Assembly: GCA_000165425.1 (NCBI GenBank)
Contig: CT868657.1
Coordinates: 270,205-334,204, forward strand
Direction: 5' to 3'
From: Paramecium tetraurelia
Lineage: Eukaryota
DNA: 64,000 nucleotides
Under the pieces are notes generated by a model. The model made no database searches. It worked only from the letters and a program-made list of their open reading frames with translations, and was not told the DNA's origin. Positions within the stretch are counted from its first letter, which is position 1. Each line of letters opens with the position of its first letter. Shown here piece by piece: positions 52,817-64,000 of this stretch. Both the position numbers and the translations under genes were made by a program.

Positions 52817-53542
52817 ATGAATTTTATTAAAAATAATATAAAACCATTTCTATTGACATCTGGAATATTTGGTATAACTGGCTATGGCTACTTGCAGTAC
52901 ACAGCATATCAAAATAAAAGGGAATTATAAATCAAAAAGGAGAACGAAGTAGAGTTCAAAGACAATACTCGTCCTCAAAATTAGTACTTTGGTTTAAGCT
53001 ACGGATTCAGGGCAGACCAAATTGTGTTGGATAGATTGGACTCTGGCGATTTGGTGTTTATGAAATTCGAATGCATGGAGTGTATTTCAGTAAGCGATAT
53101 AATCAAATGTCAATATTCTCAATTCACTAAACCATATCCTCATTATGATTCCTTGGGAATAATCTTTAGAGATAACAGAAATGTTTATGTGCTATACAAT
53201 CGATTTGGAGACATCGTAATAGAAGATTATGCTGAATTTTTATAAAATCCATTCTGGAATGAAATTACAATCAGAAAGATAATCACAAAAAATGAAATTC
53301 ACAAAACTCTTAAACCTCTCTTCTACAACGAAGATTATAAATAATAATTTGCCAATAAACCCTTCATTCCAATAGTACTCAGATCAACCGGTTTGATTGA
53401 TTAGAAGTACCAAGACAAATTAGATCAAGTGTATATTGAGGATTTAGATGTTGATGAATTCCCCTTTTTTATTGATGGAACTTCCCTGGGACCAAAAATT
53501 AATGTCAGAACTAAAAGAAACAAGGACCTGGATGCTAAGTGA
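52817..53542 (+). CDS. Hypothetical protein with N-terminal TM (alternative start at 52805)
   Basis: Intronless frame MNFIKNNIKPFLLTSGIFGITGYGYLQY...LDSGDLVFMKFEC...YDSLGIIFRD... to TGA 53540-53542. Confidence 0.8.
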
Positions 53543-53571
53543 AAACAATATAAATATATAAACATATCGAA

Positions 53572-54614
53572 TCAATACAATTCAGCTATAAAACTTAATT
53601 CTCCTTAGACGCTGTCTCTTTGTGAATTCACCGAATTTCTTGAGTCTACTTCCTCAGTATTTTGATTATTTTCATTAGATTATTCATGCTTCATTTCTAA
53701 CTCAACTGAGAAGGTCTTTGTGTTCTTTTAGCAGCAATAGAGAGAACAAGAATCCCTTACTTAAGGAGTGAACCCATAGCCTAGGTAATTGAAAAACCCC
53801 ATCAAACCAGATAGTGCCTTTGAGAGGTAGAGCAACCATATATATTATTATTATGCGATTTCCTCATAGGTTCTATTGAATGCTGTAAATATCCAACATA
53901 TTATCAATATCAATGGGTAAGATACCATTTTATAGATAAATTTGGTTTATTATTGTGATATTCCATATAATTTGCATATGATGTATACGTACACACTTGA
54001 GTTATAGAGGATGATCACAATTAATGGAATATAGAAATTGATGTATCTAATGATAGTGCTTCTCACAGGATTGGTAATCTAAGATTGGTATGACTTAATT
54101 ACATCTTCTTTGATCCAACAACTGATACCGGCGAATCCATAGTCATGAGTGAAGAATGGATAGATCGAAATAGAAAATGGGATACAAAATCCAACTAATA
54201 AGTAGCCGCAAACATTCAATGCCTGCTCGTTTTGATTCTTGATACATGACTAATATAAAATAAATGCTATGATGGCAGTCCATCTTTATAAATTTGACTC
54301 TGTACATTATTGATGACAATTAGGATGCATTAATGAGATACGCTTAAATTAGACATAATATAGGGTTCTCATTATTGAAATCTTCAGTTACCAATAGCAT
54401 ATTTGATAAGGCCAAGATTACATCAGAGATATTAAGATAGAGGACTATTCGAAATGCAAATGTTTGCAGTTCTTTAAATCTATTAATTTAACAATCCATA
54501 CTTGAAATACGTCAGGATCATCAAAGTCGCTCCTACTGCACTCAGAGTGTTGGTAATCAAGATGATTCTGATTAGAACTTCTTCAACATGATTGGTATAG
54601 TCATCCTAGGTCAT
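53572..54614 (-). CDS. 7-TM GPCR of the Dictyostelium cAMP receptor/GCR1-like family
   Basis: FAFRIVLYLNISD, LCLIQAYL, WTAIIAF, YGFAGISCWI, NFYIPL, YPLILIICW, GFFNYLGYG; 3 tiny introns. Confidence 0.88.
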
Positions 54615-54692
54615 TGAAATTATTAATAAAAATAGATAAAAGGGGTTAGAGAATATATATAATACGTTTTTTAAAATATGTAAAATAACTAA

Positions 54693-54951
54693 TCAAGGAT
54701 CTAAGTAGCATTTTGTGTTTTTGCATTCCTTATTTACTCCTGCACATAGTTTTTAACATCTTTCTTGAGTCACTAACGATTATCGCAACTATGTTTAAGC
54801 ACATGAGTAGATGCATCCATTCACTTATTTATCACATTTAGCCTAGCATTCGGTCACCTTGGTTACAACACCTTTTGCTATTATATTTTTATATACCAAA
54901 AGCTCCTTGTGCAAGTAACACTAAAAATATGAAAATTAACTTTATATTCAT
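54693..54951 (-). CDS. Small secreted cysteine-rich peptide (79 aa, 8 Cys)
   Basis: Removing a 19-nt GTA..TAG intron (54878-54896) gives MNIKLIFIFLVLLAQGAFA-KGVVTKVTECQAKCDKQVNGCIYSCAQTQLRQSLVTQERCQKLCAGVNKECKNTKCYLDP*. Confidence 0.8.
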
Positions 54952-54979
54952 TTTATTTATTATTTATTTAAGTCCTAAA

Positions 54980-55511
54980 ATGACCTCAAATATTAACATC
55001 CTATTTGATAAACCGAAGCTTACCCTAACAGCTTTGGAAAAAGTAGAACAATACGATTTTGACATCATTGCCGATAAAGTATCAGAGTAGCTCAAATATG
55101 TCTCCCAAAGATTGATTGAAGGTTAATAGGAAACAGATCTTCCCTACGACAAAGAAAATATTATTTTGCCAAGATAACAAACTTACATTTAGAAAGTAAA
55201 GGATAGTAAGTTTGCAAAAAAGAAAAAAAAGTATATTGTCCAGAATTTAAATTTAATAGTCGAATGGTTTGGGATGAAAATAAAAAGGATTGGGCCTTGA
55301 GAAAATTGAAAAAAAGAGATTCTGTAATACCCCCTATCATTGAGGCTACCAAGCAAGATGCCTATGAAGTAAAAGACTAATTTAATAGTAGGACGTCTTT
55401 AGAAAAAAGGAAATGGAGCATGAACTTAAGAAATCTTAGAAACAATTAAGGTCAGTGTAAAAAGATAGAAAGAAATAGAAGAAACTATAAACCATTAAGA
55501 AATAACTCTGA
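54980..55511 (+). CDS. RRS1: Ribosome biogenesis regulatory protein RRS1-like
   Basis: ILPR...SKFAKKKKNRMVWDENKKDWALR...PIIE; 2 introns; TGA 55509-55511. Confidence 0.72.
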
Positions 55512-55784
55512 TTGTTTATAATATATCCAAACACTCATATTAATCATTTTAGAATAATGTCATAGAATAAATAAGTACTAGATATAGTTGGTATTCTTCA
55601 ATATATATATGTATTACGATTAGTTTGCACAAATATAGTGAATCAATCAATCGAAATGTTGTATTAAATGCAATTTAACTTGATATCAAGGCAGTTGTGA
55701 TTTGTTCTATCTACAATTATTCTTGTGATTGATTTTAAACGTTTATATGAGTCGTTTCATATTAATTATAATTATAATTTCTTA

Positions 55785-56069
55785 ATGCTCAGCGTCTTAG
55801 GAACCTTTTTTTGTTTGCTGTGTGGATCTCGCAAGGAAAGAAAACTAGTATTGCTGACAATACAAGACCAAAATCACAATATGTATTACATTAAAGCTAA
55901 ACCCAATATGAAAATAGAGGAGGTAAAATCAAAATGTGGTATTGAATCAGAGAGATCTTCATTATTTCTTGAAAAAACATTGTTAGATGACGATGCAAAG
56001 TTACAGGAGTATGAGATCACTTCGGATACTCATTTAACATTACTTTTGCATGAAGAAATCGAATCATGA
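55785..56069 (+). CDS. Small ubiquitin-like domain protein with hydrophobic Cys-containing N-terminus
   Basis: MLSVLGTFFCLLCG then LTIQDQNHNMYYIKAKPNMKIEEVKSKCG...SLFLEKTLLDDDAKLQEYEITSDTHLTLLL; no C-terminal GG. Confidence 0.75.
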   Translation: MLSVLGTFFCLLCGSRKERKLVLLTIQDQNHNMYYIKAKPNMKIEEVKSKCGIESERSSLFLEKTLLDDDAKLQEYEITSDTHLTLLLHEEIES

Positions 56070-56116
56070 GATCAGTTAATTTCATTGTTTCATTATCATT
56101 TATTAATATATTTATT

Positions 56117-56596
56117 ATGATTAAAAATAATAACAATAATGCTCTTCGTTCACAAACACCCTTTATGAGTGAAAATCATCCACTGAATCCTTATGGCAAC
56201 AACTTCATAGATCACCCATATGAATCAAAAATATTTTATAAATTTAATTCAGTCAAGCAGTATGTCCATTTGGAAGAAGATGACTAATTCAGAATCTCAA
56301 AATATTCTGCCTACTTTGCCTTTGGTTTAGGAGGGACATTAATAGGTGCAGTCGGTGGATTTCATTTGCTTTTAAAATATGTTTTCAAACCACATTACAC
56401 TAACTCGTTTGAACATCTCAACCATTATAAGCATTTATATTTAGGATTGTTGGTCGCTTCAAGTGTTACTTTTATGTATACATATTTGACCACTTTATAC
56501 ATCAACAATGTTTCGAGACCCTTACTATACAAGTATCTAGACGAAGCCAAGAAGAATGGATTCCAAGATTACGAGATTAGTTTCAAACAATAATGA
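56117..56596 (+). CDS. Small two-TM hypothetical protein
   Basis: Intronless 159-aa frame joining two supplied ORFs through TAA=Gln; two hydrophobic helices. Confidence 0.82.
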
Positions 56597-56851
56597 TAGA
56601 GTATTATATATATAAATGTTTATAATTGAATTCAGAACATTAATAATATTATTTTGTTTATCTAAAAACTCAAGCAAAGAGTAATGTGGTTGTCTTGGTA
56701 CTATTGTGAATGTGTTTGTGTTTTATTTGTTTCTGAAACTAATAGAAAAATAAAAAATGTATATTTTATGGTACTGGATAGAGATTAAAAAAATTGAATT
56801 ATTAAATGGATATAAATTTTCAATTAAACTTCAATTAATTTCTTTAAATTA

Positions 56852-57220
56852 ATGGGATTGTGTAATTCTAAAAGTACAAAATAATCTTAAACCTACTCCA
56901 AATAATCAACCACATAATGTATTACTCCAATCATACACAAAAAAACAAACATTAAGAAGTACAAAAAAATTACATTCTGTGATGTCGATACTTAATAAAA
57001 ACCAGCACTATCAGAACCAAAAAGTCCCTCTCCACCACCAAAACTTTGCTATTCTAGTAGCAATCGAAGTTTTAATAAAGATATTTAATTTGGACAATTG
57101 AGAACACCAAAAGAAAAGTATAATTAAGTTGCTTTAGTATTACAAAGCAAATAAACGCTCTTTGGGAAAACTATTAGATTTTCAAACTCAGTAAAGAGGG
57201 GATAAAGAGTGTTTTAATGA
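56852..57220 (+). CDS. Small basic protein with MGLCNSK acylation motif
   Basis: Intronless 122-aa frame; KKITF and KTIRF motifs; TGA 57218-57220. Confidence 0.75.
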
Positions 57221-57436
57221 CTATGACAATAATTACAAGATATTAACATATAATGATACCTCTTTTATATAAAACACAACCAGATACAAATAAATTTTAA
57301 ATTCTTGCCTTTTTATTAATGACCCGAATTTTGTGACATCATCTTACAGTTCAGTATGCAATAAGAGTAGAGAGTAAGACCTTTATATTAATTAAAGTTA
57401 ATAATATTTAATGAGTTCATCAATATTACACTGTGA

Positions 57437-59263
57437 TCAAGAAAGACTTGTCAATTGATCAACAATTACTATTTTTTATCGTTTTGTTGGTTCAGTTTCC
57501 TAGAGACTATATTGCATCCCTTCATTATCTGATCCTCTTAGTCTAATTTGATTTGCTATCAACTTTTAATAATTATTTTCGGATGAAGCTTATTCATATT
57601 AATTTTATTTATTATTGTTCTAAATTTTTATAATTATATCCTTACTTTAGTTTATTTGATCTTCTTGCCCTTCTTTACTTTCGTATCGTTGTCTATCTAA
57701 ACCTTGTTCAAAGAATCATTCAGATTTTGCATCGCATGTTATTTTTCAATCCTTAAGCAAATTTGTTAACTCATTTTGTCCCAGTTAGTGGTAAAAGTCA
57801 AAATGATATACAAAACAGCCAAAAGAGCATTTACTAAGCTAAACGATAGCCATATGCCATAAATCTTCAGGCCTAAACCAAAATCACAGGCAAAATATAG
57901 AAACAATGGTATTCCAATTAAATAGTATACTAACAGTGTAGAATATGTCACAAAGTCTTTCCTATCAATACCTTTAAGAATCCCAGTCAAAGTCCCTTGT
58001 AAACCATCAATAACAAAAAAGCCAAATACGAAAATAGGGTATACCTCCAACATTATGTCATTGATCTCTTTTCTCCCTGCAGAATAAAAGTCAACCCATT
58101 GCTCCTTGATGAAAGTCAATGTAACCATAAAGATGGTAGTGAATCCAACAAATAAAATCATACCAACCAAGGAGTAGCGTTTGGCCCTTTTGATATTCTG
58201 GGAACCCATTTCATTGCCCACAAAAGTCATCAAGGCCAAAGATAAGGACATGGGAAATCTGTAATAAAATGTTGATGTGTTTGAGAGAGCCATTTAGGCA
58301 TATAATTCATCAGACCCGAATCCAACAGCGATGAAGCTTAGGAGAAAGAATACAAAAAAGTCAGCATAGATATGTGCAATAATAGGGAATGACTCTTTCA
58401 GAAAGCTTTTAAAGATCTTCTTCTATCTCTTGAATGAAAATTTGAATCTGTAATTGGAGAATACTTTTTTTCGATATTTAGTACAAACGATTACCAAGAT
58501 ACAAAGTATTAGGTTAAGGGCTTCGGTGCAAATGATGGCTAAACCTGCTCCTGGGACTCCTCCACCTACATTTAGATAGTCTATGAATAATTCACACCAG
58601 AAAATATGGATGATGGCTGTAAATAGTTGGATGTACATGAAGACAGCAAAGATCTAGTTTAAAAAGGTCTCACTATACTTTATTGGATATCAAGAAACTT
58701 TTGATGCATTCATAAAGAATGGCAAAGAGAGTTGAGGGCAGCAAGTAATACAAATAGAGCTAGGAGGCATCAGAAGTGGCTTCTCTATCTTCTTCATTAA
58801 TCGTTAATGCTATGATGGGTTTGATCAATATGAGAATAACTATGAAAATGTGATGAGGACATACCTGAGAAGGGGATGAAGTATAGTAAATGTGTGAGGG
58901 TAGTTAATGTAAAATATGTTTAAGCTAACTTAGGTTTGTTTGCTCCCAAGGCCTGAGCAGAATGCACATTCAATGATTAATTGGTTCCTAAATCACTTTG
59001 GATGATGAATTACCAAAAGCCATTGGAATTAGCAGCACATTTACTATTGTATAAGCAAATCCTAGTCCAGCCACAGAGTAACGATCGTTGTGTTGTGCGA
59101 TGTAATGCAAACTGATACCAAATACGACATCTAGACAAACATATCCAATGACAGTGTAAAAGGTTGAGAACAATAAATCTGTAAATACATTGGTTGTATT
59201 TTTGCTTGGAGCTTGATTTGGATTGTCTTTGCTTATGATAGAAGATCCATGAGGTTGGCTCAT
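57437..59263 (-). CDS. MATE-family efflux transporter
   Basis: AGLGFA, SAQALGANK, GVPGAGLA, VGNEMGSQN, IDGLQGTLTGILKG, YYLIGIPL, GLKIYGIWL. Confidence 0.92.
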
Positions 59264-59317
59264 TTTTAATTAAAATCTAATCCAAAATACTTAATAATAA
59301 TTAAATTTGAAACTTTA

Positions 59318-60598
59318 ATGTTAGAAAATATGCTGTCACCAAAAAATATCCAATCATAAAGTAAGTAGTCTCCCAAAAAAATAATAAACGACTTCGAATA
59401 TCGATTAGAAGACTGTCTCGGCTAAGGAGAATACAGTTCTGTGTTTAAAGGCCAGGACAGAAGGTCTGGATAGGAAGTTGCAATCAAAGTAATTGAGAAT
59501 GTCACAATATGATTAGGTTATAGAGAATTCCAGGTTGAACTCGAATTTCTCAAGACAGATGTTGAATAATGAAATTGAGTCTCTGAAGAAACTCAAATCA
59601 CCTTACATCTTACAGTATATCAATTACATTTACACTCCAAACAATCAATACATCATAACTGAATACTGCAACGAAGGAGAATTGAGATTTGTCAAGAATC
59701 GATCGGATTAATAGTTGTTAAGAATTTTCCATCAACTACTGTAGGCTTTGAAGGAACTGAAATCTAAGAGTAATTATAATCCCAAATCAATAGATATAAT
59801 ACACAGAGACATCAAACCTCCAAATATCATGATGCACGACTGTATACCTAAGCTTGCCGATTTCGGGTTTAGTGCTAATATAAATTATTTGGAGTTATAA
59901 AAATCATCATTTGGCACACCACTCTATATGGCTCCAGAATCTTTGCTCAACGATATGTACAGTTTCTAGTCTGATGTTTGGTCGGTCGGAATTACTATGC
60001 ATGAACTCATTTATGGGAATGTTCCCTTTTACCATGACAAAGAATCTGAATTAAAGAAAATCCTCCAAAATTATGTCAATAATCCAATGTTGATAATGCC
60101 TAAGTCAATATTCATTCCATTGCTTAAAGGGATGCTTGATCCAAATCCTAATACTAGGTTGACCGTAGAATAATTGTTATCAATGATTACGACAGATTAG
60201 AATACTTAAAATATTTCTCAATCTGGATTCAACTTTTTAAGCAATTTTGCATAAACCTTATAACATTTTGAGTCTAAGGTCGATGATACATGTCTTCGCT
60301 GGGCAATTCTGAAGATCCTATCGACAAAATTCAAAATGAATGCAAATGCTCAATACTTAATAAATCAATAAATCAATTCGCTTATATAGTAATTTCCATA
60401 ATGATTATTAGAGAACAGAACATGATTGAGCTGATAAATTCAAAATCAGATGCATGTATTTCATTTAAATTATCATATTTAGAATTTGTTCATTTACTTC
60501 GTTAAATTTTGTAATAAAGAGTTCATTGTTAACAATACAAACCTATTGTGTAGGATTTACTCCAATGCGATGCTATATTATTTCACTTATTTAAATGA
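59318..60598 (+). CDS. Ser/Thr protein kinase (ULK/CAMK-like)
   Basis: LGQGEYSSV, VAIKV, HRDIKPPN, ADFG, FGTPLYMAPE, SDVWSVG; tiny introns. Confidence 0.9.
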
Positions 60599-60763
60599 AT
60601 TGTCTTATTTATGTGTTATTTATAATCATTATAAGTTAAATGATTTTTGACTCTGATAGTTACATCATCTGTTATCGCAACTTAAAGTTATGGAAAAACT
60701 TGATGGAACTTAAGATTCATTTACAATTTTTATATATTACATAACAAAATAGAAATACATATA

Positions 60764-61614
60764 TCAATTTTTGAGGGGATTTTTATGATTAAGAAAGCCA
60801 GTAAGTTTGTAATTTAGGATGGGCACTTTTAAGTTGATAATATCTTCTGGTATGAGTCCGCATTCATATTTATCGGCATTGTTTATTGGGGAGGGTTAAG
60901 ATTCATCTTCTTCGTGGATTACCTATGGAGATTGCAATGAAATTTTGGGATTTGTTGCAATGGAAATTTGACTGGACGAACCTTGGTTTGAGTCTTAAAA
61001 CTTTTAGTGATTTAAAATATTTAAATCTGATTTTGATTTAATAGTTTTAGTTGATTCTGCGATAATGCTTTCAGCCTTGTTGGTAGGTTTTGTTTTTGAG
61101 GTTTGCTTTAAGTTGGATTTCTTGATTTGATTTGAGTCAGGAGACAGTAAATTGCTGTTTTATTAAATACTGATTTTCGATTGTGATGTGACATTTGATT
61201 TATTGGTCTTGTCGTCTGTCAATTAGATTTTGCTGATTTGCTCTTTCTTTTAGGGAGGGTTGGCTTTGGCTGTCTGAGCTGCTTGGGGTTTTGGTTTGTT
61301 GTCCTGAGGAGTTTTGACTTCAATTACACCACATTTATATTGCTCTAGGGAGGAGAGCACTGAGGGTTAGTGTCTGTGTATGGATGCATTGAATAGAATC
61401 TGGGTTAAAAATGAATGGGCGTACATTTTCTAAGTCTTTGCCCTTGAATGTTTAGAGAGAGAACCTTCCTCCAGGGTGATCATCTACGAAATGTGTTAGA
61501 TCATAGACATTGTTGCGATAAGCGTACAGAAATCTTATTCAAAACTGGATACTACCTATCAGATCTGGCACTCTCTTGTTGCATCTAGGCTAATGAAGAG
61601 TACTTTTTTAACAT
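60764..61614 (-). CDS. Cytochrome b5-like heme-binding domain plus long disordered tail
   Basis: After 2 introns: YRNNVYDLTHFVDDHPGGRFSLQTFKGKDLENILFNASIHRHQPSVLSSLEQYKCGVI. Confidence 0.82.
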
Positions 61615-61733
61615 AAAATATAAATTTAATAATAATCCCTTTGATTTAGCTTTTTGAGTGTGATATATTTTGATAAATTTAATAAACTTGTTTTGTGTTA
61701 TGTAATAATAATAATTATACATAATATTTAATA

Positions 61734-64000
61734 ATGAATGACTTATATGGAAGAAGTGCAAGCATTATGGAATCCCAATAGAAATTAGAGTTGTTCATCA
61801 GTTGTCGTGGATTGGCAAACATGGACACCTTTTCAAAATAGCGATCCCTACGTGATAATGTATGTGAAAAGAAATAACCAATGGTCAGAAAGTGGGAAGA
61901 ACAGAAATCATTTAAGACAACTTGAATCCAAACTTTGCCAAAACATTTATAATTGAATATTACTTTGAATGCTAATAGCCACTTAAGTTTGTATGCAATG
62001 ACGACGATGGAAATGGAAAATTCGATGTAGATTCTTAAATTAGACATTTAGTTTATTGGAAGTGCCGAAACTACACTAGCCAATATAGCAGGAGCCAGGG
62101 ATCAATTATTGATGTTAAATTTAAGCAATGGACATAAGAAAACAGGAGTGCTTGTAGTCAGAGCAGATTAGGTTAGAATGATAAATGATAAAATCATCAT
62201 GTAAATAAGTACTATCTAAATATTACATTCAATTTAGGTGCTGATAACATACCAAACACAAGGTTTTTACCTTGGCATACCACATCCCCCTTTTTCAGAC
62301 TCTATCGAATAAGGAAGGATACTAATTAATAACTCTTAGTTTATGAGAGTGAACCTCTTAAAAGCACTTTAAAACCAGTCTGGAAGAGAGTGGATATATA
62401 ATCTTAGAAATTATGCAATGGAGATTATTATATGCCTATCAAAATTGAAGTTTGGGATTACAGAAGCTCTGGAAATCATGAGCATATTTGTTCTACTGAA
62501 TTTTCAGTAGATGAATTATAAGGAAAGCCGATGTTTAAAAAAATATTATTTGATAAAAACAAAAAGCAATCCGGTCAAATTTGTTTCAATGAAGTAACAA
62601 TCTATATTAACTAAATTCTAGTTTAAATTAATTGAAAAACCTAGTTTCTTAGACTATTTGTAAAGTGGAACTTAAATCAACTTAATTGCTGCCATTGATT
62701 TCACAGCCTCCAATCAATCTCCTAAAAATCCCAGTTCACTTCATTATATTGATGATTAATATCATAGAATGAACCAATATCAATAAGCACTATTGTCTGT
62801 TGGAGAAATCCTATTGAATTATGATCACGACAAAAAAGTACCAATCTTTGGCTTTGGATGTAAACCAAGACTCCACAATTTGAACACCCCTTAGACTCTG
62901 CATTGCTTCCCTTTAAATGGGAATCCTCAAGATCCAGAAGTATTGCAGATGGATGGAATTATGCAAGCCTATAATTATGCAGTGAGGAATGTTCAATTTG
63001 ATGGTCCCACCTATTTCAATCCGATCATCCAAGAATCCATGAGAATAGCATAGACTTGTAAAGACATGGCTTCTAATACATACTTTGTATTATTTATTTT
63101 AACTGATGGAGAAATTCATGATATGAAGGTATATTTTAATCTCAAAATCTTATAGCAAACTATTGATTCCATCGTAGCATCCTCTCATCTTCCATTATCT
63201 ATTATAATTGTTGGAGTTGGAGATGCAGACTTCACCAATATGTCTATTTTGGATGATGATGATGGCAATCTACATGATTCCTTTGGAAGGAGAACTTAAA
63301 GAGATTTGGTCTAATTTGTACCATTCAATTAATTTAAAAATAATCCAGAACTCTTAGCCAAAAATGTCTTACAAGAATTGCCAGATCAATTAGTTAATTA
63401 CATGCTCCTGGTCGGTAGAAAGCCTGGACCCAAAAATTGTAATATTTATCATCTATTCTCTTTAGTAATTAATTTAGGATAATTTGATGTCAATTAATAT
63501 TCATAGCAATATGGCTTATAATAGTAGATTATGCAACCCAATTAATTACCATAATAGTAATAATCAGTACCTTAAATCCCTCAATAATCATCCTTTACCA
63601 ACATACCACCACCACAGTAATTTTAATAACCTCCACCTCCATAGCAATATTAGCAACCACCTCCTCCATAGTAATATTAATAACCACCTCCCCCATATAC
63701 TTAACCTTAATAAATATACCAGCCACAATAGCCGCCTTATCCTTCATAATAATTAAGTTAATATCCTAACCAATAACAATCAACCTATCCTTAATAATAA
63801 TAAATGTACCCTCCTCCTAATTATTAATAGTAATAATAAGGATATCCCCCCTAATAAGCTGGATTCTAATCTAAATTTATCTAAGGACTTGCCAACACTA
63901 ATTTCTTAGGATAACATATTAATGATGCTTAATAATAGTAACTCAATCAACAGATGCCCCAATTTTAGTATCCCCCTTAAGAACCAGAGAACCCTATAGG
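61734..64000 (+). CDS. CPNE: Copine (C2-C2-vWA) with P/Q/Y-rich C-terminal tail; two apparent +1 frameshifts near the 5' end; runs off the window
   Basis: LELFISCRGL, SDPYV, GRTEIIQDNLNPNF, AIDFTASN, SLHYI, YDHDKKVPIFGFG, GPTYFNP, ILTDG, PLSIIIVGVG, RDLVQFVPF. Confidence 0.93.

Noticed and set aside
55557..55784. Possible upstream exons of the ubiquitin-like gene
   Set aside because: No intron combination that I tried gave an open frame joining 55785
63484..63756. His/Asn-rich supplied ORF
   Set aside because: Alternative frame of the copine P/Q/Y-rich tail, whose true frame is rich in TAA/TAG Gln codons
1..64000. Apparent mass pseudogenisation by TAA/TAG stops
   Set aside because: Conserved Gln positions in aldolase, AspAT and CapZ use TAA/TAG; this is the known ciliate code, not a novelty
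1..64000. CRISPR arrays, rRNA, prokaryotic operons or defence systems
   Set aside because: Eukaryotic intron-containing DNA; no repeat-spacer arrays or rRNA-like GC-rich segments seen

Overview
Gene-dense, very AT-rich eukaryotic DNA that reads cleanly only with the ciliate nuclear code (TAA/TAG = Gln, TGA = stop) and with tiny GT..AG introns of about 19-30 nt. This fits a Paramecium macronuclear scaffold, so the supplied standard-code ORF track fragments nearly every gene. I translated by hand and find about 35 protein genes. They include MSH5-like, mitochondrial IF3, FAM227-like, three kinases, Pam18, an MFS sugar transporter, a PP2C pseudophosphatase, a TBC Rab-GAP, PRPP synthetase, aldolase, aspartate aminotransferase, a TmcB/PAS membrane protein, a giant coiled-coil protein, an FHA-BRCT protein, a CPBP protease, CapZ beta, a cAMP-receptor-like GPCR, RRS1, a ubiquitin-like protein, MATE, a cytochrome b5-like protein and copine. 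There is also one tRNA-Trp(CCA) and two 150-N gaps. A gene-poor tract at about 34-42 kb holds a decayed kinase pseudogene and a recent (~98% identical) partial duplicate of the neighbouring coiled-coil gene. The most intriguing item is a 79-aa secreted, cationic, 8-cysteine peptide gene absent from the supplied ORF track, lying just upstream of the GPCR on the same strand. All coordinates and intron calls are manual and may be off by a few bases.
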